Shown in pieces: positions 9,598 through 20,868 of a stretch of 48,872 nucleotides of DNA. This stretch comes from Chrysochromulina tobinii (Eukaryota). Within the stretch, counting starts at the first letter, position 1. Each line of letters opens with the position of its first letter. The position numbers were made by a program, and so were the translations under genes. The DNA is taken from NCBI GenBank assembly GCA_001275005.1, contig JWZX01003070.1, positions 1 through 48,872 on the forward strand, written 5' to 3'. Below the pieces are notes generated by a model. It saw only the letters and a program-made list of their open reading frames with translations, did no database searches and was not told the origin of the DNA.

Positions 9598-10477
9598 TCA
9601 GTCGGATTTGAAGAGCCTCTCGAGCCGCTCGCGCTCACTAGCGAAGGAGCTCGTATCGATGGAGCGCCCCTCTTCGGAAGGCGCGTAGCCGTGGGCGCCC
9701 GCGAGGTCATTTCGCTCTTGCACGCCCCGCATGTCCGGCGACGCGTCCGCCGGCGGCCCGTGTAACCGGTCGAACGCGTCCTTGTCGTACTCGTTCTTGG
9801 CCGGCGGCATGATCAAGGTGCCCTTCGGCACGAGCGAGATCTCGAAGGAGCCCGTCGTGCAGAACTTGTCCAGCGTGCCGGCCTCCCAGGCCGTTGAGGT
9901 CGCCAGGTCCTGCGAGCGACAGCAGATGTTCCACGCGTCGTGAGCACACGCCACCAGAGACGCCACCTCCATGGGCGAGGCAGGGCAGGTGCAGGTGCAG
10001 GCGAGCAAGGGGCGGCGACGCACAAAACCGTCGGCACAAAGCAGCTGCGCGAAGCGTTTGGCATCGTCATCGAGCTCAAAGGCAAGCACGTTTGCTCTCG
10101 CCTGCGACACACGCGCCTGCAGCGTGTACACGCCCTCGTCCTGCCGTCCCGCATTGAAGATGAGCACGTAAGCCGACGACAAACCCTGAAGCACGTTGCG
10201 CGGTGCGCCCTGCCTCATCGTCGAGGCGCGTTCAATGGCGTTGTGAAGCGAGGCCTGCGTCGGGGCGCATCACCGGCATCAGCAACATGGATGACGCGAC
10301 ATGCGAAGGCTTTCCTGTGACGCGCGCGCATGTCCGCGTGGGTACCTCGTCGAATGAACTCCACTCGGAAGTCATGCACAGCGGAGCGGAGCGGCAGACG
10401 CGCGAGTGCGAAATATCTTGCACGTGTGGCTGATTCAACAAGAAGGCGCTGCTCGCGGCGACGATGAGGTTGAGCAT
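9598..10477 (-). CDS. DUF3110-family protein with a bipartite plastid-targeting presequence; exons 10477-10346, 10254-10024 and 9909-9598
   Basis: YVLIFNAG..DEGVYTLQ, VLAFELDDDAKRFAQLL and LVPKGTLIMPP match my recollection of the cyanobacterial/plastid DUF3110 pattern. N-terminus MLNLIVAASSAF is a signal peptide with an ASAF-like site. GT-AG introns at 10255-10345 and 9910-10023 restore the domain. Confidence 0.72.
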
Positions 10478-11189
10478 GGCCGGACGAGTGAGAGCGCGGT
10501 GAGTGCGGTGCTGATGACGATGAGAGGTTGCGTTACGATAACGCCAAAAAAAGCAGCTTCGAAGTCGGGTGACTGCCATCTCCGTTTCAGATGGACATCC
10601 AAAAGGCTTCTCGGCGTCGAGATTTCGTGTATTCCGTCAAGTGGCCGGATCAGCCGCTGCCATCCGGGCCACCGGGGATCAAGGGCTTTGGGAACTTCTC
10701 GATTCTCGAACAAGAGGATCAATAGTTTTGGAGAAGTGTCCAGCCTCCCGCGCCTCCCCCCAGGCCGGGCGAGTTCGATAAGTATATTATGATAGAGTCT
10801 CTGCCGCTCGGAAGACACTTTGCTTTAACGCGCCTAGAAGACCTATAGAAGACCAAGGAACCGTGCCTCGTAGAAACATAGCAAGATAGGCGGCTCGATG
10901 AGACGGTATTTGTCAAATTAAATTTGTGACAGCATTTGTTGATATACATGTCTTAAATACATGTCCAGTTACAGAATGGATTGTTTCGTGGCAGGTCACT
11001 GAGAGAATTTGCCAATTTCCAGCCAGGTCAATTGTACGGTTTACGATCACCTGGAAATCTTCTGAAATAGAAGCTTTACGGTCATTTCTAGAACGTACCC
11101 ACTTGTGACTTGATGCACTTGCGACTTGGCGCTATCTGCTCTCGGCTCTTCGTAACAATTTCAATGTGACGATTCCGTCTTCATCAAAA

Positions 11190-12362
11190 CTAAATCGAAT
11201 TCATCGTCTTTTTCCCCTGTTGCTCCTCAAAAGTTACGGCAGACTTGGGCCCGAGCTTCCACGCCGACTGCGGTGTGCCCAGGCGCAAGCCTGTGGTGGG
11301 ATCGACGGCATCGCCAAACCACCCCGTCTCTCCCACCCCGGGCACGCGCTTGTAGGCGCCTGCCACCCACGGCGCCAGAATGTGGCTGAGCTGCGGCATC
11401 CGTGGATACATCGTGTACCAGTTGGACCAGCCCGCGTCGTAGCGCGGCGGGAAGCCCCGTGCCGCGCCGTCGAAGATGAGCACGGGCGTCGGCGGGTCGC
11501 CGTGCGGGAAGGTCTCTCCGGTGGCCACCGTGCCGAGGCGTCCACTCCGCTCCTTGGGGTACGAGAGCGGCGCTTGGACATAGCGCACGCCGCGCAGCGT
11601 CGCGTCCCACCCGAAGTGGGTGTGGCCGAAGACGTGCAGCGCCGGCGCGAGCCGCTCGATGCGCGCGAAGAGCATGTCGGAGCCGCATGCCTTCGCCAGG
11701 TTTGGAAAGAAGAGGAACCGTTTCTCTGGATTGAGCTGCGGGTGTGGCACAAAGTGCGAAAAGCTGATGAGCGGCGCATTCGGATTGGCTGCTCGCAAGG
11801 CGGCCACCTCGGCCTCGAGCCCCCGCTGCACATTGAGCTCGTCAAAATGGCGCGCCACGGACTCATTGTGGACAGAGAGCGGCGCTGGCCAGACGCACGC
11901 GTAAAAATCAACCATGGCATCCTCCGCCTCGGGGATGCCCTCCCAGCCCGTGATGTCATCCTCGGTGTCCCATGACGCGTGGTACCATGAGAGAATGGGC
12001 GCGATAACCACGCCAGCCGCCAGCGCTGGCCGCGTGTGCACCCCAAGCTCGTCACAGAGCTCAAATATTTCTTGGAGACGAGCAAGCGATGTCTTCTGCT
12101 GGTCTGTTCGACTCATGCCACGCCCACGCACCCACAAATCGTGATTGCCTGGCGTGAAGAACACCATGGCAAAGCTGCCCACGAGGCTGCTCAACGTCGT
12201 GCGAAGCACCTCGTCATTCGCCGAGACATCCCCAGCGAGGATGAGAACGTCGTTGCCAAAGCGCTCACGAGTGAGCAACTTGATCCATGCCATATTCTCG
12301 CTGTAGTCGGCGTGTACGTCGCTCACGCACCAAACGTTTGCAGCAGGCGGCGAAGTGCTCAT
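11190..12362 (-). CDS. Calcineurin-like metallophosphoesterase
   Basis: Motifs SDVH, AGD, GNHDLW, FSHF and FGHTH. Start placed at ATG 12362; the ORF is open to 12467. Confidence 0.88.
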   Translation of the reverse strand: MSTSPPAANVWCVSDVHADYSENMAWIKLLTRERFGNDVLILAGDVSANDEVLRTTLSSLVGSFAMVFFTPGNHDLWVRGRGMSRTDQQKTSLARLQEIFELCDELGVHTRPALAAGVVIAPILSWYHASWDTEDDITGWEGIPEAEDAMVDFYACVWPAPLSVHNESVARHFDELNVQRGLEAEVAALRAANPNAPLISFSHFVPHPQLNPEKRFLFFPNLAKACGSDMLFARIERLAPALHVFGHTHFGWDATLRGVRYVQAPLSYPKERSGRLGTVATGETFPHGDPPTPVLIFDGAARGFPPRYDAGWSNWYTMYPRMPQLSHILAPWVAGAYKRVPGVGETGWFGDAVDPTTGLRLGTPQSAWKLGPKSAVTFEEQQGKKTMNSI

Positions 12363-12469
12363 GCTCGATGCGATCACCTGGCCTCGTCGGCAGAATTCGT
12401 TGTCCCGACTTTCAAACACAGAACCGCGGGGGGAATGGGAAGACTGTACTCTGTCACGACTAACCATTC

Positions 12470-13315
12470 GTGAGAAGTTCAGTCATAACAGCTGCGAGGC
12501 GCTCGCCAATGCCTAATCGGGATGGTTTTGGTTATATGACTTCGAGTGGCGTCACTGTGTGGCGTCTTCGCGGCCTCGCGAAGCGAAAGCGCATTCCCAT
12601 GTTCGTGATGACGTTGGCTGCCATATCCATGACCATGTATTCACAAAGGCCGAGATCCCCCACTCACCAGTCATTGCCAAGCGCGGCCATTATGCCGCCC
12701 TCCATGTTGAGCTTTGCGGTGCGCCACATCTCACGGCAAGGGGCTTCTAGGGCCGGCGCTGCATGCACCACTTCTTGCCGCACGGGCAGATGCCGTCTGA
12801 TCTCATGCCAGTGCGAGGCAACAGCGCAACCTCCATGGAATGCCATGCCGCTCGATTCATTTGCAGAATCGTTGCCGGCCAGTATTGCGTGGAGCCTGCA
12901 GCCAATCGGCAATGCTGTCTGCACCCCGCGCACAGCAGCTGAGTTTATGCAAACGCGGCGAGCCAAAGATGTGCTCCTCGCTCTTTCCACTGTGTCTCCA
13001 GCATTCCCCAAATCAGAGCAGACCTCTTCGCGAACTCATGCGGCTCGTCCTGAACCATCCACCAGGACTCAGATGCCTATCCTACTCACCATCCTTGACT
13101 GGTTCTTCAGAGACCGCCTGTACATGAAGAGGAATGGTGCAGGCAGCGCAAAACATGCCAACAACAAGCACAGCTGGTGGGTCTGCCTGCGGCGCTGGCT
13201 TCGGGAGATGCTCATCGAGGTTGCACGCGGCGTCGACGCCCTCCGCGCGAGCCTCGTGAAGCTCAGCACCCTTCTCTTCATGGCCTCAGTCCTTCTCATG
13301 AGCGTGGAAGCTTAG
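12470..13315 (+). CDS. Orphan ORF or degenerate gene, 281 aa, function unknown
   Basis: Longest ORF in an otherwise empty gap, divergent from the phosphoesterase. The C-terminal third looks helical. No motif recognised. Confidence 0.25.
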   Translation: MRSSVITAARRSPMPNRDGFGYMTSSGVTVWRLRGLAKRKRIPMFVMTLAAISMTMYSQRPRSPTHQSLPSAAIMPPSMLSFAVRHISRQGASRAGAACTTSCRTGRCRLISCQCEATAQPPWNAMPLDSFAESLPASIAWSLQPIGNAVCTPRTAAEFMQTRRAKDVLLALSTVSPAFPKSEQTSSRTHAARPEPSTRTQMPILLTILDWFFRDRLYMKRNGAGSAKHANNKHSWWVCLRRWLREMLIEVARGVDALRASLVKLSTLLFMASVLLMSVEA

Positions 13316-13855
13316 CTTAGCTTCCAAGCTTGGGTACGACTCGGGCGACGACCAGCGTGTGCAACAGACTACGCCCTGGCGTGGGTCCTGCTCGACGCAG
13401 GACGCAACCCCGCGCCCCGATGCATAGCCCGGGACCGCGCGACGACCGACGGTCGACTCCATCTCTTCACTCTTGCGATGGGACGATTATCGTGTGGTAT
13501 TAAAATTACTCATCAAAAGAATAAAAAGAAAAACCATCCGTAACATCAGCGGCCGGGGCGGCGGAGGGCGGATGCGCATGCGGCCAGCGGCCAGCGGCCG
13601 CCAGCGGCCAGCGGTGTGGCGGGTACGTATATTGGACTGTAACACTGTGTACAATCCACACGGGCACGATTCTTGGGGTACGAGATTGGGATCGCAGGGC
13701 GTTTGTCGATGATTTTCGGCCCTCGCTGCCCCGTATCCTCGCCGTATGGCCGCGATCCGCTCCGCCACGCGTGGGGCGTGGCTCGGTTGGATGACACATG
13801 CACACATCCGAGATGGCGCATGGCAGCCATTCTCGAGGGCGGGCGGTGACCCCTG

Positions 13856-14998
13856 CTACGCGCCGACCGGCTCCACGACGCGTTCACCGTCTCTTTCGGC
13901 GTCGGAGCGCCTCTCATATTCGATCGCCGTCTGCTTTAAGGACCCGAGTGACTTCGGCAACATCTTGTCGATCAGCCACGACATGACCCACTTGGGCAGC
14001 AGGTTGGTCATCGGGTGCTCGCGCGCGAGCGACCGGAAGCACGTGCCGCACCCGCCCGCCCATACGACCTGCACATTCCAGTAGTCGTTCACTCGCACGC
14101 ATTTAGTCGCCACATTCGGCCACATAGCCCTCGACGCTGGCTCGTCGTCCGCCGTGTCCACCTTGATGTACACGCCGTCGCCCGCACGATTCACCGCGCC
14201 GTCGCCGTCCCCGCCCGCGCCACCGCGGCCCTCGAACGTCGTGAGCTTTCGATGGAGCACGTACTCGCGGTGGGCAAGAGGCCACGGCGCTTCCACTAGC
14301 CAGAATAGGCTCATCGCGTCGCCCGCCTGCTTATGAATGGCCGAGTGCACAGCCGTACCGGTCGTGCGCAGCACGCGGATGTCCTTGGTGCTCGTGTCCC
14401 ACTGCACGCGGTGCTGCACGTCGCACAGCATCGCGAGGAATGTCTCGGGACGTACCGGCAGCTCTACCTGGGTCTCGTACGCGTCGAGCCCGTGCAAGTC
14501 GAGCGGCCGCTTCCACCCTTTCATGTCGGGCCGGTCACAGACTAGCTGAGCATCCGGGAAGTCTGACGGTACCTGGTTCCAATCGGCGCACAGCCGCCGA
14601 GCGACCGCGAGGTCGCTCGCGCTCAGCTCCGTGGAGCCACCGGGTTTTGCGGCAGCGGCGCTGCCGGGCTCGCTGGGGGATATGATGGAAGGTGGTTCGA
14701 GCGGTAGGGGTGATACGACGGTAGCTGGTGATAATGACGGAGATGATACTGCCGAATGACACTGCGGAGACTCCTCTGTAGTCCTCGTCTCCTGCTCTGC
14801 TGCGCATGTACAAGTACCCTGCTCCGCAGCCTGCTGCTGCGTCGCTTCGCGTTCGTTGGGCAACATCTCCATCACCTCAATCTCATTAAAGGGCACGAAT
14901 AGGGCATCAGCTGACGGAACGCGTATCACCAGCCTCGCGGACACGTGGTGAACGGTGGGCTCCGCGCGGCTGTTCTGCATCGCCGTCGGCACGGGCAC
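13856..14998 (-). CDS. START/SRPBCC lipid-binding domain protein
   Basis: DVQHRVQWD, APWPLAHREYV and PMTNLLPKWVMSWL are START-domain hallmarks; low-complexity N-terminal half. Confidence 0.82.
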   Translation of the reverse strand: MPVPTAMQNSRAEPTVHHVSARLVIRVPSADALFVPFNEIEVMEMLPNEREATQQQAAEQGTCTCAAEQETRTTEESPQCHSAVSSPSLSPATVVSPLPLEPPSIISPSEPGSAAAAKPGGSTELSASDLAVARRLCADWNQVPSDFPDAQLVCDRPDMKGWKRPLDLHGLDAYETQVELPVRPETFLAMLCDVQHRVQWDTSTKDIRVLRTTGTAVHSAIHKQAGDAMSLFWLVEAPWPLAHREYVLHRKLTTFEGRGGAGGDGDGAVNRAGDGVYIKVDTADDEPASRAMWPNVATKCVRVNDYWNVQVVWAGGCGTCFRSLAREHPMTNLLPKWVMSWLIDKMLPKSLGSLKQTAIEYERRSDAERDGERVVEPVGA

Positions 14999-15141
14999 GG
15001 CGGTCGTCGATGCTCAAAATAGAAAGCGGAAAAACTCGAAAAAAACTCGTGAACAGGGAACAGGGCCGGTTTGGAAACCCGACCCCTCTCCGCCCTTGAA
15101 AAGAGTAGACTTCTAATTTTGGACTGTACCCGGTAAGAAAG

Positions 15142-15313
15142 ATGAGCACCGCCTCTAACGTCCAGCATGTAAGTAGCCACACCAGAGGAGCCATCGCAGC
15201 GATGCCCGTGGACAACAATCGGTGGCGGGCCGCGGTCGCCGCCGCAAAGCGTAGTCACAGCGATCGGCCGCCGCCGCCGCCGCCGCCGCCGCTGATTACG
15301 GGTGACATCGCAC

Positions 15314-15348
<35 letters not shown>

Positions 15349-17868
15349 ATGATTACGAAAAAGCCTCCCAAGGCCAAGCTCAATAGCCTCAGCGCTGCAG
15401 CCGCGGAGGGTTGGGCGTACAGCGATGGCGGCTTTGTGGACGAGAAGTCGTCATCATCAGCCCCTCTTGCCTCGGTGCTGCAGGCGGCTCTCGCCGCACG
15501 CGCACGCCGGCCACCGGCCCTCCAGTCAAACACGTCAAAACTCATTGTCGGCGGCCTCGAATTCGATGCGGATTTTGACAGCGGCAACCTCGGTCACGTC
15601 GAGCAGAGGTCCGAGTACAAGTTCATAGTCTGGACGCGGCGCGATTGTGAGGGCACGCGCTATGTTTCACGCTCACGCACCTGGTTTTGCTTCTCCGTGC
15701 GCGGCGCCGCCCCCGGGCGCACGCTGGAGATCGAGGTGCGAGGAATGAATCCTCAGGCGAAGCTGTTCCAGCACGACATGAGGCCCGTGTACCGCGCGCT
15801 ACCCTCGCGCCCTGAGTGGACGCGACTCAAGCAGCCTGTGCCCTCAAGCATGGAGAGGGGCGTGGGCGACACCTTTGCCATCACCATGACGCACAAGGTC
15901 GACACGCCCGCCTCCGACACGCTCTACTTTGCTTTCACTCACCCGAACCTATACGCCGATTGCATGGCGAAGCTCGCGTGGCTCGATGCGCTCTACGGCC
16001 AACCCATCGCACCGATAGCCCCCCCAGCCGCGCCCCCTGCCGCGCTCCCGCCAGCGGGGGCACCACTACCGCCTGATCCATGCACCTGGTTTGCAACGGG
16101 TGTCTTCTCCCAAAGAGAAGGTGCTACCGTTGAGGGCGACGGAACGCGGGCAGATGCGGACGCTGCGAGAGAGCGTTCGGATCTGAGCGTGCTCAGGCAC
16201 GCGGCCCGAAAGGCAGCAGTCGAGGCCGGGATGAGTGCGCTAATAACAGCACCACCGCCACCCGCCCCAGCACCACCCCCGCCACCTCCCCCGCCACCTC
16301 CTCCGCACCCCGGAGCATGCTCGCGCGAGCGAGCGCTGCCCGCGCCGCCGGATCCGTGGGCCTGGCTCACCAAATGTTTGCGCGCTAGGGACGGCGCTGC
16401 TGCCGTGGAAGGCGCTGCCGTAGAGGGCGCTGCGACGGAACGCAACGGAGCGTTGGCGAGCGCCGTTGCGAGCGCGCCCGCAGCCACCGATGGCATCAGT
16501 GGCGATGCGCCCTCCACCAATGCCGTGGATGAGCGGGGAGGCGTTGCGAAAGTTGTGAGCAGCAGCGGCGGCTCAGAAACGGCAGTCAAAAGGAACGTTG
16601 CGCCGCGTTCACAGTTGGAGGTGGTGGCGGAGATCGGCACAGCTGCAGCATACAGCGCAGCAAAGCTGCTGCCGGCGACGCCCGCGCCCAACTTGTACTA
16701 CCGTCGTGAGCTGCTTTGCCGCTCTCTCGAGGGTCGACGCATCGATCTGATCACGATCACCGGCACGAACGGACTGCCCGAGGCCGAGCCGGAGGCGCCA
16801 CTACCAGCACCGCTGCTACCCGAGGCTTCAAGTCGCGACGGTCACGCGCGGCCGCATGCATTCCCCAACAAGCCGGTGGTGCTCGTTTCGGCGCGCGTGC
16901 ACCCAGGCGAGACGCCCGCTTCGCACGTGCTCGACGGGCTCTTGGCCTTCCTCGTACGTACCGATGATCCACGCGCGGCCGCGCTGCGCGAGCGCTTCGT
17001 CTTCAAGCTCATCCCGATGCTCAATCCGGACGGCGTGTTTCGTGGCCACTACCGCACGGACACGCGCGGCGTCAATCTGAACCGCGTGTACTTGGAAGCG
17101 AGCGCGGCGGAGCACCCGAGCATCCATGCATGCTGCGCAGTTGTTCAGCAATTGCACGAGCGTGGCGCGCTGCACCTGTTCGTCGACTGCCATGCGCACG
17201 CGGGCAAGCGCGGCTGCTTCTTGTACGGGAATCTGGGGAACTCATTCGACGAGCTCACACGCGCTGGACTATTCGCCAAACTCGTGAGCCTCAACACGCT
17301 CTGGCTCGACTTCGCCGCGTGTCAGTGGTTCGACTCGCAGCGCATGGAGGGCTCTGCGCGCGCCGCCGTGTATAAGCACACCGGCCTGCCTACCGTCTAC
17401 ACGCTCGAGTGCAACTATGACAGCGGTATCAGCATGAATGAGCTGCCCAAAAAGTATACGGGCGAGCTGCTCGAGAGCGCCGAGATGAGCAGCTGCCCGA
17501 TGAGCCCCGAGGCGCCGCGGAACACCTCGGTAAGTCACAAGTACGATGAGGCGTGCTATCAAGAGATTGGCAAGGCGCTCGCGCTGGCAGTGCTTGACAT
17601 GGCCGCGGCCAACCCCGCCTCCCGCCTTGGGCCTCGCGACAGCTGGGAGGACACGTCGGAGGAGACTGTCCGATACTACTATAAGGGCCTGGCGAAGACG
17701 CGAGGGGCCATCCGGCAGTGGGCCGAGATGCAGCTCACCTCCGCGGCCAAGCGCCGAGCCAACACCCGCCCGAGGTCGCAGTCACGCAAAGGCAACGGCG
17801 GCGGCGACGAGGAGGAGGATCCGGAGGATCTTGAGCCAGACATCGACGCGGACGACGAAGGCGAGTGA
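15142..17868 (+). CDS. AGBL5: Cytosolic carboxypeptidase (M14D tubulin deglutamylase), CCP5/AGBL5-like
   Basis: FDADFDSGNL, RTWFCF, SARVHPGETPAS, KLIPMLNPDGV, GVNLNR, DCHAHA, YTLECNY. The start may be 15142 or 15202. The CCP5 subfamily call is from motif memory. Confidence 0.88.
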
Positions 17869-19145
17869 GCTTTACTACGCTCAGGTGTGTTCCGGTGACG
17901 CAAAAATGCGCCGTGTGTACTCGGCGCTCGACGCTTGCGTAGCTCGCCATACGACGAACGCGATATCGCGCTGTTACGGGACGGCCGGCTCGGCTATCTC
18001 TCGAATGTGACCGAGCGTCCGTGCCATTCACATTAACCCCGAATGCGTAATTCTTACTAGCATCGAGTTACGCTAACGGCACACACACGGGCGATGATCA
18101 CGACATAGGCAGTGCGAGTACATGTACGAAGTTACGGGGCACAGTACGACCAGTACTCCGGGCATTGCTGGATGCTGCGCACCGGGTGCGCGAAACATCT
18201 AGAAGTGCAACTGCGGGCGCCAGATGATGGATGGTGCACTAGGATGGCACATAGATGGCGCACAGTCTCACGTCGCGAGTTCGCATTGCTGCGTCATGCG
18301 GGGGTGAATGTAGCCGGGAGGGTTACGGGTAGGCAGTAGTCATGTATCCGGGATTCCTCTTACCTCGCCGACATCCTCCGGGTCGAGCACCGGCCAGCTC
18401 CCGCGTCACATGGCGTGGCGAGACGATGTGACAAGGGATGTGGCGACCGTTGGGCTCACGCGTACGAAGTCGCTCGGGCTCGCCGTCGTGATCAGGGTCT
18501 CGGCGCATGTAGAAGTATGAGCCAACACGGGAGATAACATCACGGGAGGCCTGACCAGGGGAGCGGCGGGAAACGTGGACTCAGACATCACCACCTCGCC
18601 CATGAGCACGTCTTCGTCGTCGACAACGAGGTCGGTATCCTCGTCGCTCATGAGCGTCAGCCGTCTGACAAGGACCCGACCGACGGCGTTCTCCACTCTG
18701 GATTCTCCGCCCCCTGCGTGAAAAACCGAGAAAGGACAATAAATTCGAGATTTATCGTGTTGAAAGATGAAATTTCCGATGAAAAGGGCGCCATGTTGCG
18801 AAAGTCAATCGTAAACTTGGACGCGTTGGTAACATGTGAAAGTTATTCCGAAACCGGAATTGGGGACGTTGCCACTACAGCCTCTAACTCGGTGGCTCCA
18901 CGAGCCTTTCGAAAAACCTTGAAAGTCCTCAAGTCTTTGTGATTGTCCGGTTACGAAACAACATTGCTTCTCGGAAACGAGGTACTTCAGGTACGGTAGC
19001 AGAGGGATTTGAACCCCAACAGGCGACTGGCGAGGACATTGTATGTGGTCGAGGTTTCTTGTGAAAATCTGCGCGGCCTGCCAAGCCTCTGCCCATGCCG
19101 GCCGTCTCCAATAACAGCTGAACAGCTCCGTGTTCGGTTCGGTAA

Positions 19146-20585
19146 CTACTGTTCATGCCCTAAACCCCTAATTCGCGTCTGGTCGCCTGCCATTTGGTCG
19201 TTCGTTTGGTCGAGCATCAAGACATCTCGCACTTTGTCTTCCTGAAAGCGGTCCGAGAAGCTGTCCATCCAAGAGTGCGCCCAATGATGTGCGGCGAGCG
19301 CGGAGCCGTCGGGCGGGATCGTGGGTGTGAAGCCCTCTGCCCGCAGCCTGTCACACGTGGACACTACCAAGTCCGACAGGCTCGCCGCCGTGATCTCCGA
19401 CTGGTTCGCGTAGTCGTTGAAGAGGCAGCGCGCCTCAAAGGTCTCCTTCTGCATGCTATCCCATAACGGGAAGAAGGTGTCCGGCTGGGCGATCTGCAGT
19501 GAGAGCTCCGTGTTCGCATGCCTCGCCTGCCATTTGATGACGGCTTGTTCGAGCATTCGAGGGCCTGTCGAGCCCACTGGATCGCCCCAGCCCTGGTCGG
19601 TGCTCACGCGCAGCGCCGCCATATGCAACGCCCACAGCCAGAATGGATGGCCGCGGGCACTCGCGAGCACTGCGTTGCAGATCTGGCGAGGCTGGCGCTC
19701 GAGGAGAACCGCGTGGGGAAGAGGCTCCTGCCCAAGCATGGCGCTCGCTCCGAGTGTGGCAGTCTGGTTGAGCAGCGCGTCGAGCGGCGCGAGCAGCTCG
19801 ACGTCGAGGTCGGCGTACACACCGCCAAACGCATGCATGTAGAGCAGCCTCGCCACGTCCGCTCGCTGGATCGCATTCATCATCAGGTAACTCTTGTGCA
19901 GCCACGAGTAGCGCGACTGGACGAGAGCGGCGTTGTCCTCGTCGGTGTGAAGCCGGAAGCTCCATCCGCTCGCGCTGCGCTCGCGCCACGAGCGCATGAA
20001 CACGGCGAGCCGTGGCGGCACCATGTGCGTGCGCCACGTCTGGTGGAGCACACGTGGGAAGGCGTCGGCGGCGGCAGGAGGCTTCCAATCCCTGGACAGC
20101 TCTTCGAACGATGGCAAGCGTTTGGACAGCTCCGCGAACGTTGGCCTGGGCTCGGGCTCGAAGGTTCCCCACCAACTTAACGCATTCCCACCGCCGCGGC
20201 CCTGCAAGCGCTGCTGAAACGCACTGAGGTCGTGCCTCGCGGTCACCAGCTCAGAGGCCTTTGTGTCCTCGAGCGTCCATTGCTGCTGCTGCTCTCGACG
20301 CTGCTGCCGCTGCTGCCGCTGCTGCTGCAAGATGGCCGCGATCCGCTGCTTCATCAAATTTGCCTTTGAGCCTTCAGCTGATAAGGACTCGAGCTCATCC
20401 AAGGCTGAAGCTGCAGGAAAACCAGCGACCAAGATGAGCACTGTCACCGTGACGGTGAGAGCGAGTAAGATGTAACGGATACCAATATGATACCAAAGTC
20501 GCGAGTGCACCTTCTCATCGTCGAGGAGCTCAGCGCCTGTCGATGAATCGTGGTCACGCGGCGCGGCGACGCGCTTGTGCATCAT
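19146..20585 (-). CDS. GT32 DXD glycosyltransferase (SUR1/OCH1-like), type II membrane protein
   Basis: FPRVLHQTW, RADVARLLYMHAFGGVYADLD, STGP, AHHWAHSW; N-terminal TM segment ILLALTVTVTVLILVAG followed by a Q-rich coiled-coil stem. Confidence 0.9.
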   Translation of the reverse strand: MMHKRVAAPRDHDSSTGAELLDDEKVHSRLWYHIGIRYILLALTVTVTVLILVAGFPAASALDELESLSAEGSKANLMKQRIAAILQQQRQQRQQRREQQQQWTLEDTKASELVTARHDLSAFQQRLQGRGGGNALSWWGTFEPEPRPTFAELSKRLPSFEELSRDWKPPAAADAFPRVLHQTWRTHMVPPRLAVFMRSWRERSASGWSFRLHTDEDNAALVQSRYSWLHKSYLMMNAIQRADVARLLYMHAFGGVYADLDVELLAPLDALLNQTATLGASAMLGQEPLPHAVLLERQPRQICNAVLASARGHPFWLWALHMAALRVSTDQGWGDPVGSTGPRMLEQAVIKWQARHANTELSLQIAQPDTFFPLWDSMQKETFEARCLFNDYANQSEITAASLSDLVVSTCDRLRAEGFTPTIPPDGSALAAHHWAHSWMDSFSDRFQEDKVRDVLMLDQTNDQMAGDQTRIRGLGHEQ

Positions 20586-20868
20586 CCGTCTCGCGCGGTC
20601 GGTCAAGAACAAGCGAACAACACCTCTCTTCTATACGGAAGCTGTGAACGAACACACCCTCAAGTCAAGTCAAGTCATGCCAAAAAGCTAAAAAGCTAAG
20701 GCCCCGTGGATAGCTATGACTTACGGGAGGCTGAACCTTGCTTAGCTGACAAACCTGAGACTCGTGAAGACGGTGAACCGCATGCTGGCAGAGAGTTCAC
20801 ACAACACGCGTCTGGCTCTGCGCAGAACGAGAGAAAGAGAGAGAGGACAGAGGAGATCGATGCGGCTC

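Noticed and set aside
18033..18045. TTAACCCC as a piggyBac-like terminus
   Set aside because: No matching inverted end nearby and no transposase.
18996..19020. GGTTCAAATCC B-box/T-loop-like motif on the minus strand
   Set aside because: No matching acceptor stem, D-arm or anticodon arm could be folded upstream.
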